Shown piece after piece: positions 55,215 to 64,000 of a stretch of 64,000 nucleotides of DNA. Below the pieces are notes generated by a model. It made no database searches. It was not told where the DNA came from and worked only from the letters and a program-made list of their open reading frames with translations. A program made the position numbers and the translations under genes. Where the stretch lies: NCBI GenBank assembly GCA_964654855.1, contig CAZZJS010000002.1, positions 15,285 through 79,284 on the forward strand, read 5' to 3'. The stretch's first letter is position 1. Each line of letters opens with the position of its first letter. Source of the DNA: an uncultured Rickettsiales bacterium (lineage in GTDB: Bacteria; Pseudomonadota; Alphaproteobacteria; Rickettsiales; JALZUV01).

Positions 55215-55307
55215 TTCAAACTCCCAAAAAGTTAATTCATTACAGCTATAATATCTAAAATTTACGAACTAAAAGTTAATATATTAAATAATATTTATTA
55301 TAATTAA

Positions 55308-56501
55308 CTACTGTTTGATACGTACCCGCGAAACCTGCTGCGCAATATTCACAAAAATATCTCGCAATTCATCTCCGCTTGTTGGCTGCAAATACTGATT
55401 TGGAGCACTCGCACAATATTCTAAAACATCTTTATTCAAAACACCATTGGCTGACGCGCCAAAACCAATTGTCCAGAAATCAACGTCCGGATCTTGCTTA
55501 ATAAGATTACATTCTGACGCCGCATATCGATGCGCAACACTATTGCCTTGCTGCCCGTTATAATCAGCAGGCCATTGCCACGGACCTGACTTAGGTTGAT
55601 TCAAATCCCCATCGGTCAAAAACACATAGATATTTCGTCGACCAGCCGATGAATTAGCAAGTTCTTGTCTACCAGCATTTAAGGCAACTCCCGCATTGGT
55701 CGAAGTTCCAGGATCAACAATATTAGGGAAATGGCTGACTAATGTTGCCTCATCCCCAGAAAAAGGCTTATCACCGCGCAGCCCTGAATCATAACTTTTT
55801 AAACTCACTCTAAAAGTTGGCAACCCATCTGATCCAACCGGATTACCACCATCAAACACAATATCAAACAGACTCAAAACCCCTGCCTCAAGTGCTTCCC
55901 ACTTAAATACCTGCTGCCCATCCACAATCGTCACTGGGTTATAGCTCGTCACTTTAGATCCGCTAATTCGTGGCAAAAAACCCATCGAACCTGACGCATC
56001 CATAATAATCACAATATCTGCAGGCGGCACTACAGTAGCCGCCGACCCTACAACGGCACTATCACCTACTTTAATGGCTCCACTTGCCCCCGAACCACGA
56101 CTAAAGAAAGCTGGTATATCAAAACCTGTCGTATTGACTGATATATCTTTCGTGACCGGATCAATTGTATGTTGAACATTCTGATCATAATCATAACCAA
56201 TACCTAATGCACCATCAGGTAAGTTTGCCTGAAAATAAGCTTTTGCCTTATCTGCATCCCCCTCTTCAACCGCTGAAGCAATAGCGGCAGCATCTGCCGC
56301 ACCTGAAATAGCACTTTTGGCCATAAACCCGCGCCCCAAATCCATTGAAAGCGCAATCGCTAAAATCAACACATTCAACATCACAGCGAAGGTGATAATG
56401 ATTGAGCCTTTTTCATCTGATAAAATATTGTTCTGATTGCGCATATATCCTACTCTCTTCTGATTGGTAGCATTATCAACATTACCCGCCCTAAAAGACA
56501 T
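55308..56501 (-). CDS. TadG-like pseudopilin with vWA domain, paralogue 2
   Basis: DEKGSIIITFA..AADAAAIA; MIDAS IMDASGSM; VFLTDG. Confidence 0.8.
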   Translation of the reverse strand: MSFRAGNVDNATNQKRVGYMRNQNNILSDEKGSIIITFAVMLNVLILAIALSMDLGRGFMAKSAISGAADAAAIASAVEEGDADKAKAYFQANLPDGALGIGYDYDQNVQHTIDPVTKDISVNTTGFDIPAFFSRGSGASGAIKVGDSAVVGSAATVVPPADIVIIMDASGSMGFLPRISGSKVTSYNPVTIVDGQQVFKWEALEAGVLSLFDIVFDGGNPVGSDGLPTFRVSLKSYDSGLRGDKPFSGDEATLVSHFPNIVDPGTSTNAGVALNAGRQELANSSAGRRNIYVFLTDGDLNQPKSGPWQWPADYNGQQGNSVAHRYAASECNLIKQDPDVDFWTIGFGASANGVLNKDVLEYCASAPNQYLQPTSGDELRDIFVNIAQQVSRVRIKQ

Positions 56502-56532
56502 TTTAATGACAAAAGGTTAAGAAGATACAAAG

Positions 56533-57882
56533 ATGGCAAAACCGATTCTCACTTATGCTTGCAATGCGTGCGGCAATACCACCTCCAAATGGGCAGGCAA
56601 ATGCGAAGTATGCGGTGAGTGGAACTCGATTGATCAAAAGGAAAGCGCAGGAAACACCCCTAAAGGCTTAAGTAAAGGCAAAGGAAAACGCTTAGAACTC
56701 GTCGCATTAGATGGCAAACAAGTGGATACTCCGCGCCAATCAATCGGTATTCATGAATTAGATCGCGTATTAGGCGGCGGTATGGTTTCTGGCTCTGCCG
56801 TACTCATCGGAGGTGATCCGGGTATCGGAAAGTCCACCTTACTCTTACAGGTCGCGGCAAAAGTTGCAGCAAATGGCTTACAATGCTCTTATTTTTCTGG
56901 CGAGGAATCAACTGGGCAAATCCAACTTCGAGCGAAACGCCTTGGGCTAGAGCAAAGCAAAGTTAATCTCGCGACTGCCACTTCCGTGCGCGATATTATT
57001 CATACGTTAGAGAAAGATACACCTAACTTGGTGATCATTGATTCTATCCAAACCATGTATGTTGATAATATTGATGCAGCACCTGGCACGGTCACGCAAG
57101 TTCGTGCCTGCTCTAATGAGTTGATACGCTTTGCTAAACAGAATGATTGCGCTGTCTTTTTAGTCGGGCACGTCACCAAAGAAGGACAAATTGCCGGCCC
57201 ACGCGTGTTGGAGCATATGGTCGATACAGTGCTCTATTTTGAAGGTGAGCGCGGTCATGAATTTCGTATCTTACGCGCAGTAAAGAATCGTTTTGGCGGT
57301 ACGGATGAAATTGGCGTATTCGAAATGCGCGATACAGGCCTCAACGAAGTTGCCAATCCTTCCGCTTTATTCCTTAATGAGCGCGCAACCCCTGTTAGCG
57401 GCACTGCGATTTTTGCTGGAATGGAAGGCTCACGCCCCCTTCTTGTTGAAATTCAGGCACTACTTGCCCCCACACCCATGGCGAATCCAAGACGCGCCGT
57501 CGTTGGCTGGGATAGTGGCCGCCTTGCCATGTTACTTGCTGTGCTAGAAACACGCTGCGGCATCGCATTGCATGATAAAGAAGTTTATTTAAGTGTGGCT
57601 GGTGGGTTACGCGTCAACGAACCTGCCGCTGATCTGGCCGTCGCTGCGGCCATCCTTTCTGCTCTCACAGATATTCCCACCCCCGAAGGAGCCATCTATT
57701 TTGGCGAAGTCGGACTCTCTGGAGAAATCCGTAAAGTCAGCCGAGCCGCAGCGCGCATCAAAGAAGCCGATAAATTAGGTTTTAAACAAGCATTTTTGCC
57801 TAAGTCTGAGCAGAAATCAGGCTTAAAATGCTCACCCCTTTCACATTTATCAGACTTAAATCAATTATTCTCAATCACTTAG
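56533..57882 (+). CDS. radA: DNA repair protein RadA
   Basis: C4 zinc finger, GGDPGIGKSTL, KNRFG, Lon-like C-terminus. Confidence 0.97.
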   Translation: MAKPILTYACNACGNTTSKWAGKCEVCGEWNSIDQKESAGNTPKGLSKGKGKRLELVALDGKQVDTPRQSIGIHELDRVLGGGMVSGSAVLIGGDPGIGKSTLLLQVAAKVAANGLQCSYFSGEESTGQIQLRAKRLGLEQSKVNLATATSVRDIIHTLEKDTPNLVIIDSIQTMYVDNIDAAPGTVTQVRACSNELIRFAKQNDCAVFLVGHVTKEGQIAGPRVLEHMVDTVLYFEGERGHEFRILRAVKNRFGGTDEIGVFEMRDTGLNEVANPSALFLNERATPVSGTAIFAGMEGSRPLLVEIQALLAPTPMANPRRAVVGWDSGRLAMLLAVLETRCGIALHDKEVYLSVAGGLRVNEPAADLAVAAAILSALTDIPTPEGAIYFGEVGLSGEIRKVSRAAARIKEADKLGFKQAFLPKSEQKSGLKCSPLSHLSDLNQLFSIT

Positions 57883-58156
57883 CCTCTTCACAGACGGAAG
57901 CTCACTTCAAATATGCACTGAATTACTATAATTAAATTATAAGTTTTTATAATTTTTCTCTTTATTAGAGAATTATTATAAGGTAAGTATAAGGGGTAGT
58001 TGTCATTTATTACCTCATTCGAAACTACTTAAATGCTTGAGGCATTTTATATTATTACCTCCCTTAAGAGGCTGTTTTCAAACATTATGAATGTAAGAAA
58101 GCAGCCTCTTTCTTTTTGCAGTAGAAATCGTAGCTCAAACTGTCTAAGACAGAGGT

Positions 58157-58834
58157 ATGATTGAAGCTCAATTTAATATGTTCGATGCAGCTGTACTCAT
58201 TGTGATGCTGCTTTCCACAATGCTCGCTTTTTTCCGTGGTTTTGTACGTGAATTTCTATCACTCGGTGCATGGGTAGGAGCTGGAGCAATTACAGTCTAT
58301 TGGTTTGACGATGTAGCTGAATGGTTAAAACCTCATACCACGCAAGATATGGTGGCTTACCTGATTGGTGGCGTTGGAACTTATATCGTCGCACTTCTTA
58401 GCTTCTCTATCATCAACTCCACCATCATTCGTTATGTTAAAAATGCAGAAGAAATCGGCATGTTTGATAATTTCCTCGGCATGATCTTTGGCTTGCTGCG
58501 TGGTGGCTTCATTATTTCATTAGGCTATTTGGTTCTTTCATTGGTGATAGATAATGAAAACCCACCCCTATGGGTAAAACAGGCGATGACTCAACCCTAC
58601 GCACAAAAAGGCGCAGTCATGCTCGCTAACGTTGCTCCGGGTTATTTAGAAGATATCTCAAGCCTAGGTGAGAAGCTTGAAGCACAAAGTAAAACAATGG
58701 GTGAAACGAGCAGCAAAGAAGGTGAAATAAACCTTCTAGAAGCAGGCAGCAATCTGCTAAAAATGGATCAGGATAAAGGCTACTCCGATAATGAGCGTAA
58801 ATTACTTGAGCAGATTATGAAATCTCGCCAATAA
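58157..58834 (+). CDS. cvpA: CvpA family membrane protein
   Basis: FFRGFVREFLSL, DNFLGMIFGLLRG. Confidence 0.88.
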   Translation: MIEAQFNMFDAAVLIVMLLSTMLAFFRGFVREFLSLGAWVGAGAITVYWFDDVAEWLKPHTTQDMVAYLIGGVGTYIVALLSFSIINSTIIRYVKNAEEIGMFDNFLGMIFGLLRGGFIISLGYLVLSLVIDNENPPLWVKQAMTQPYAQKGAVMLANVAPGYLEDISSLGEKLEAQSKTMGETSSKEGEINLLEAGSNLLKMDQDKGYSDNERKLLEQIMKSRQ

Positions 58835-58873
58835 AAAAAACGCTCTGACTTTAATCCCAGCAGAGCGTTTTTT
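58833..58873. terminator. Bidirectional intrinsic terminator between cvpA and gabD
   Basis: A8-CGCTCTG..CAGAGCG-T6. Confidence 0.85.
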
Positions 58874-58894
58874 ATTTTCATCTCCGTTATAGAA

Positions 58895-60394
58895 TTACTG
58901 ATGTAATTCGCCAATCGCGAGATATTTTGTTTCCAAGAACTCTTCCAGACCATAGCTTGAAGATTCACGGCCAATGCCCGATTCTTTATAGCCACCAAAC
59001 GGCGCTGTTACCGAACTCACATGACCAAGATTGGCACCAACCATACCATATTCCAGTGCTTCTGCTACGCGGAAAGTACGCTTCATATCTTGCGTAAAGA
59101 AGTAAGAAGCTAAGCCAAATGGCGTATCATTCGCCATTTCGATTACTTCTTCTTCACTGCTGAATTTGATGAGGATAGCCACTGGGCCGAAAATCTCTTC
59201 CTGGGCAATTTCCATATCATTTGTGATATTTTCCATCACAGTTGGCGCCAAGAAAGGAACACCCATTCCTGCAGGAGAGTCCCCTCCCGTTAAAATGGTC
59301 GCACCGGCTTCCACCGCACGATCAACAAGACCTTTCACACCGTTATAAGCTTTCTCATCCACCAAGCACCCTACTTCCGTTTCCGGATTCATCGGATCAC
59401 CTGTGTTCAAGCTATCAGCAAGCGCAACAACTTTTGCTTTAAACTCATCGTAAATACTCTCATGCACAAAAATACGATTCGCGCAGACACAAGTTTGACC
59501 TGTATTGCGGAATTTTGCGGTGCTTAGGCCTTTAATAGCCGCATCTTGATCTGCATCGTCAAATACGATGAAAGGCGCATTACCTCCCAGCTCTAACGAC
59601 ATTTTCTTCACCGTGTCAGCACATTGCTTATAAAGCAGCTTACCAATCGGCGTTGAGCCTGTGAAGCTTAGCTTACGCACTTTACCATTATCGGTGAGTG
59701 ACTTACCAATTTCAGAAGCTCTACCGGTTACGACATTAAAGATACCGGCTGGAATACCCGCCATTTCTGCACATTTTGCCATCGCGAGTGCGGTTAGCGG
59801 TGTATTTTCCGCTGGCTTTGAGATCGCTGGGCACCCTGCTGCGAGCGCTGGTGCAACTTTACGTGCGATCATCGCTGCTGGAAAATTCCATGGCGTAATC
59901 GCAGCCGAAACACCAACAGGCTCTTTCCATACTGTCTCACGACGGCCTGGCTTGGTCTGCTGTACAGTTTCACCAGCAATGCTTTGCCCTTCAAACGCAT
60001 ACCATTCGATAAAGCTCGCTGCGTAATCTACTTCGCCTTTGGCTTGAGCAATAGGCTTACCCTGTTCTTGCGTCATAATCGTGCCAATATCGTCGCGATT
60101 TTTGACGAGAATATCTGCCCATTTAAGCATAAGCTTCGCACGCTGGCTCGCCAACATACTGCGCCACTGACCCCAAGCTTCATGCGCTTGATCAATCACC
60201 TTTGTGACTTCCTCATACGTCATTTTTGGGACGGTTGCGATAATTTCACCCGTAGCTGGGTTTTCAATTTCACTTACTTCACCTGATACCGCATCTTTCC
60301 ATTCGCCATTTACATAGCACTGCATTTGTAGCATTTGCGGGTCTTTTAATAGATCTCTCAAGTTACATTCCTCTTCTTTCATCAAGGCAGACAT
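58895..60394 (-). CDS. gabD: NAD(P)-dependent succinate-semialdehyde dehydrogenase
   Basis: ITPWNFPAAMIARK, SFTGST, LELGGNAP, GQTCVCANR, EEIFGPVA. Confidence 0.9.
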   Translation of the reverse strand: MSALMKEEECNLRDLLKDPQMLQMQCYVNGEWKDAVSGEVSEIENPATGEIIATVPKMTYEEVTKVIDQAHEAWGQWRSMLASQRAKLMLKWADILVKNRDDIGTIMTQEQGKPIAQAKGEVDYAASFIEWYAFEGQSIAGETVQQTKPGRRETVWKEPVGVSAAITPWNFPAAMIARKVAPALAAGCPAISKPAENTPLTALAMAKCAEMAGIPAGIFNVVTGRASEIGKSLTDNGKVRKLSFTGSTPIGKLLYKQCADTVKKMSLELGGNAPFIVFDDADQDAAIKGLSTAKFRNTGQTCVCANRIFVHESIYDEFKAKVVALADSLNTGDPMNPETEVGCLVDEKAYNGVKGLVDRAVEAGATILTGGDSPAGMGVPFLAPTVMENITNDMEIAQEEIFGPVAILIKFSSEEEVIEMANDTPFGLASYFFTQDMKRTFRVAEALEYGMVGANLGHVSSVTAPFGGYKESGIGRESSSYGLEEFLETKYLAIGELHQ

Positions 60395-60412
60395 ACCTCT
60401 CTCCTCTTACTT

Positions 60413-61168
60413 TTAAACACACTCCACTTTTATCACGACGGGCGAATTAGGACCTCCAAGCTGCAAGGTGTTTTCTCCTTTTTGCAACGGTGCCATATAC
60501 ACCCCTTTACCACGTCCAATTTGTTTTTCATTTACTAGCGTGGTGAAACGGCTCCCAGTATCTCGTAGATGGATACCCCCTTCGTGAACCTCAACCTGAC
60601 AATGTTGAGACGACACTATAGGCGGGCTTTGCCTTGATGCAATATTAATATGATTTTGCTGATGCTTCTTACTCATCCCCTCATCCGCTTGATATCCACC
60701 AATTTTCAACGGCAAACGAGCCACCGGCACCTCTATCGGTTCAAATAATGCAGGCTCGTTTAGCGATGTTACTTTTACATTGCTAATATCAACTTCCAAA
60801 ATCACGCTAGCGGCTTCTGTTTCGCTGACACGTTTATTACTACTACGCAGACGATCCAAGACCATCATGATAATAGGCATAATACGCGGCGGACATTGGC
60901 CGAGCATTTGTTCAAATTCTTCGCGTGAAATTACATCACATACCACGACAGGGGTTAGAGCTCGCGCCGTTGCAGAACGTGGCATTCCTTGTTCAAATAA
61001 TGCTAACTCTCCTAGTACATCTCCCGCAGTAAGTGTTGCAAGACGCACTTCACCATGTTGAGCACGCTTTAAAACTTCCACTTCACCTTCGCGAATCACA
61101 TAAGCTTCATCTGCCTGATCACCTTCACGAAAAATAATCGCCCCTGCTTCAATCGAAAGTTCATTCAT
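60413..61168 (-). CDS. Cyclic-nucleotide-binding domain + FHA domain protein
   Basis: IFREGDQAD..GDVLGELAL..RSATARA; VSSQHCQV..LRDTGSRFTTLVNE. Confidence 0.8.
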   Translation of the reverse strand: MNELSIEAGAIIFREGDQADEAYVIREGEVEVLKRAQHGEVRLATLTAGDVLGELALFEQGMPRSATARALTPVVVCDVISREEFEQMLGQCPPRIMPIIMMVLDRLRSSNKRVSETEAASVILEVDISNVKVTSLNEPALFEPIEVPVARLPLKIGGYQADEGMSKKHQQNHINIASRQSPPIVSSQHCQVEVHEGGIHLRDTGSRFTTLVNEKQIGRGKGVYMAPLQKGENTLQLGGPNSPVVIKVECV

Positions 61169-61178
61169 ACTAGCTCGT

Positions 61179-63002
61179 TCACTCTACCGTCACAGATTTA
61201 GCTAAATTTCGAGGTTGATCCACATCCGTCCCTTTTAACACAGCAGTATAATAGGCTAACATCTGAATCGGAACAGAGTAGATAAATGGAGCAATAAATT
61301 CATCACAATCAGGTATGGCAATCGAATAATGCACCTGATCTGCATTAGCTTTAATAGCCGCTTCATCGCTTATAAGGACAATCTTTCCACCCCGCGCACG
61401 CGCTTCTTGCATATTAGAAAGTGTCTTTTCCTGCCATTTATCATTTGGAGCAATCACAATAATCGGCACGCGCTCATCAATCAAAGCGATTGGCCCATGC
61501 TTCATTTCCCCTGCAGCATAACCTTCCGCATGAATGTACGAGATCTCTTTCAGCTTCAACGCGCCTTCCATCGCCAACGGATAAGAAGTACCACGCCCAA
61601 GGTAGAGCACATCAAATGCCTTCATCAAATTTTGGCATGCAGGGCTTTCAGCAGTTACATGATGCGTTGCCTCACGCATTAAGCTTGGCACTTTTTCTAG
61701 CACATTCCAATAATGCTCCACCTGATCTTTCGAGATTTGACCAATAGTTTCGCCTAGTTCAACCGATAACCCTGCTAAGATAGCAAGCTGCGTTGTAAAT
61801 GCTTTGGTCGAAGCGACTCCAATCTCTGGCCCCGCTTGCGTATGCAGCACTGCATCTGCCTCACGCTCCATCGAACTACCCTGCATATTTACAATGGCAA
61901 GCGTTGGATGCCCCATTTCCTTTACCATGCGAAGCGCCGCTAAAGTATCTGCCGTTTCGCCGGACTGGGAAATAAATAATGCCAGCACACCTTCATTTAA
62001 ACGAGGCGTACGATATCTAAATTCTGAGGCAATATCAATACTGACGGGCAGGCCTGTTAACTCTTCCAGCCAATATTGCCCAACCATTCCAGCATAAAAA
62101 GACGTTCCACACGCAATAATAACAATGCGACGCAAATCCTTCACATCAATATTAATGTCCGGCAGAGTGAAGCTTCCTAGCGTCGGATGGCGCATATGTT
62201 CAAGCGTTTTAGTAATCGCTTCAGGCTGCTCGTGAATCTCTTTTTCCATAAAGTGACGATAGCCACCTTTTGTGCTCGCCTCCGCCGCCACTCCGCTTAA
62301 CACTTCAGGGCGCACCACTTCATTGCCCTGTTTATTAAAAATAGCCATACCCTTTTGCGTTAGCTTTGCCCAGTCCCCCTCTTCTAGGTAAATTACTCGA
62401 TTCGTAAAGAGTGACAGAGCAATCGCATCCGAACCAATGGCCATTTCACCATCACACACACCTACTGCAAGCGGAGAACCCCAACGTGCCGCATATAATG
62501 TATCTGGCTCTGATTGGAACAAGACCCCAACCGCATAAGCCCCCTCTAAACGACCTAGTGCCTCTTTCAATGCGTCTTCCGGCGCCTTGCCTTGCTTTAC
62601 TAAATGAGTCAACAGCTGCGTAATCACTTCTGTATCTGTCTCGCTAACAAAAACCACGCCTGTCGCTTCCAGCTCTTTACGGAGCTCCGAATGGTTTTCA
62701 ATAATACCATTATGCACGACAGCCACTTCGTCTGTCGTATGCGGATGTGCGTTCTCTTTCGTAGGAGCACCATGGGTTGCCCAGCGCGTATGGCCAATCC
62801 CGACCACACCCTCTAACGGCATCTCCTGCAATGCAGCTTCTAGGTTATTAAGCTTACCACTGGCACGAGTGCGATTAATCACCCCTTCATGCAGGGTTGC
62901 AATACCCGCTGAATCATAGCCACGATATTCCAACTTTTTTAACGCTTCTAACAAGCGTAAGGAAACTTCCGATGTTCCAACAATTCCAACAATTCCACAC
63001 AT
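61179..63002 (-). CDS. glmS: Glutamine-fructose-6-phosphate transaminase
   Basis: MCGIVG, LEYRGYDSAG, GHTRWATHG, SQSGETADT, DQPRNLAKSVTVE. Confidence 0.98.
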   Translation of the reverse strand: MCGIVGIVGTSEVSLRLLEALKKLEYRGYDSAGIATLHEGVINRTRASGKLNNLEAALQEMPLEGVVGIGHTRWATHGAPTKENAHPHTTDEVAVVHNGIIENHSELRKELEATGVVFVSETDTEVITQLLTHLVKQGKAPEDALKEALGRLEGAYAVGVLFQSEPDTLYAARWGSPLAVGVCDGEMAIGSDAIALSLFTNRVIYLEEGDWAKLTQKGMAIFNKQGNEVVRPEVLSGVAAEASTKGGYRHFMEKEIHEQPEAITKTLEHMRHPTLGSFTLPDINIDVKDLRRIVIIACGTSFYAGMVGQYWLEELTGLPVSIDIASEFRYRTPRLNEGVLALFISQSGETADTLAALRMVKEMGHPTLAIVNMQGSSMEREADAVLHTQAGPEIGVASTKAFTTQLAILAGLSVELGETIGQISKDQVEHYWNVLEKVPSLMREATHHVTAESPACQNLMKAFDVLYLGRGTSYPLAMEGALKLKEISYIHAEGYAAGEMKHGPIALIDERVPIIVIAPNDKWQEKTLSNMQEARARGGKIVLISDEAAIKANADQVHYSIAIPDCDEFIAPFIYSVPIQMLAYYTAVLKGTDVDQPRNLAKSVTVE

Positions 63003-63252
63003 ACTTTTCTTCTATCTAACTTTGACTTTAAAAGAAAGCCAAGGATAGCTCACACTTTGTAACGATTTCCACCAGATTCTACCTAGATACAAAACTGTGG
63101 CTTTTTGCTAACAATCTGTGACTTTGTTAACACTTTGTTAATATTTGTTGCATTTTAGGAACAAATGTGGATAACTCCCCCTTACCAGAGACAGCAAATG
63201 ATCAAAAATGGTTTATTATACTAGCTTTTGATCGAGATATTTGGAGTATTAA

Positions 63253-63981
63253 ATGTTTGAGCAAGGTATGCAATATCGCGAAACAACTGAATTTCCAGAG
63301 GGAGCTTCTATGGAGCATGTGCTACAAGAAGAAATGATGTTCAGACGCCACCGCCGCTTGCGCGAGGCTGAAGAGCTGACCTATGAATTCACAACAGACC
63401 CCGCATTACTTCATCAATATTATGTTTTGCGGAGCATACTACTTTATCGTGCCGTTGGTTCAGAAATCTCTACAGAAGCCGATAGTTACGATGAACGTAG
63501 CCATATTTTAGTAGCCCGCAAAGGAAACCAAGTGGTTGGCGGCGTAAGACTTATCATTCGCGACCCACGCAAAGGAGACAAACCCCTTTGGCTAGAACGC
63601 GGAGGATTCTCTTTAGCAGATCAACTACCGCAACTTGAACTTGACAAAACACCTTATTGCGACTTTTCGCGACTAGCTATTCTGGAAGAATTTCAACAAA
63701 CAGGAGCCTCACTCCGCATGTATGAGGAACTCTATAAGCTCTCTTCATCTTACGGAGTAAAGTACCATTTCGCCACCGCCACTGCGCCAGCACTTCGTAT
63801 TCAAAAGCGTATGCTGCAAAAAATGGGCCATCATATTTACATACTCCCTCAAGTTTCAGTACCTGAAAGAGACGGTGATTTTGGCAAGATGCGACTCATC
63901 TTAATGACTCCAAAAACGGAAAAACCAGTCACCCCAGAGCTACTCAACACTCAAGAGGATGACACCAAAGAATTAGCATAA
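63253..63981 (+). CDS. N-acyl amino acid synthase / AHL-synthase-fold acyltransferase (FeeM-like GNAT)
   Basis: YYVLR..DSYDERS.ILVA..VGGVRL..LWLE..SRLAI. Confidence 0.6.
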   Translation: MFEQGMQYRETTEFPEGASMEHVLQEEMMFRRHRRLREAEELTYEFTTDPALLHQYYVLRSILLYRAVGSEISTEADSYDERSHILVARKGNQVVGGVRLIIRDPRKGDKPLWLERGGFSLADQLPQLELDKTPYCDFSRLAILEEFQQTGASLRMYEELYKLSSSYGVKYHFATATAPALRIQKRMLQKMGHHIYILPQVSVPERDGDFGKMRLILMTPKTEKPVTPELLNTQEDDTKELA

Positions 63982-64000
63982 CCACCTCTAAACACGCGTC

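Noticed and set aside
905-62816. Numerous short antisense or alternate-frame ORFs in the track (for example 2044-2454, 13793-14257, 44582-45232, 59661-60026)
   Set aside because: They lie wholly within well-supported genes and have no recognisable motifs, so they are treated as shadow ORFs.
1-64000. CRISPR array, rRNA or genetic-code reassignment
   Set aside because: No regularly spaced repeat-spacer units and no rRNA-like sequence were seen. Core genes terminate normally at TAA, TAG and TGA.

Overview
This AT-rich window most likely comes from an Alphaproteobacterium, inferred from the hisB-DUF2628-hisH-GNAT-hisA-hisF-hisE-HIT and radA-cvpA gene orders. It has three parts. (1) 1-27.1 kb is a large exopolysaccharide/biofilm locus whose gene content and order resemble the Vibrio fischeri syp locus in permuted form: G-like activator, then H..R-like genes, then A-D-like genes, an E-like kinase-REC-phosphatase and a hybrid sensor kinase. 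Six sigma54 (-24/-12) promoters are readable, with a recurring TTCCCA-N3-TGGGAA-like palindrome near five of them. The locus also carries an exosortase-like gene, a partner gene and a DUF1194/vWA protein with a PEP-CTERM-like C-terminal signal (APAPILGTGLP, hydrophobic run, basic residues). (2) 27.1-40.2 kb is a mosaic of integrative elements stacked at the 3' end of tRNA-Ser(TGA). It includes a 6.25-kb element with a P4-type integrase, AlpA and an ABC-ATPase/TOPRIM (OLD-like) gene. It also has two further att-like junctions, a serine-recombinase relic, two inverted cassette-like cargo slots, one chimeric gene and several broken genes. (3) 40.2-64 kb is mostly housekeeping: his genes, astD/astB, rsmD, radA, cvpA, gabD, glmS, plus a phytochelatin-synthase-like gene, two paralogous TadG/vWA genes and a cNMP-FHA protein. 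No CRISPR array or rRNA was seen. All family assignments come from motifs recognised by eye; no database search was run.
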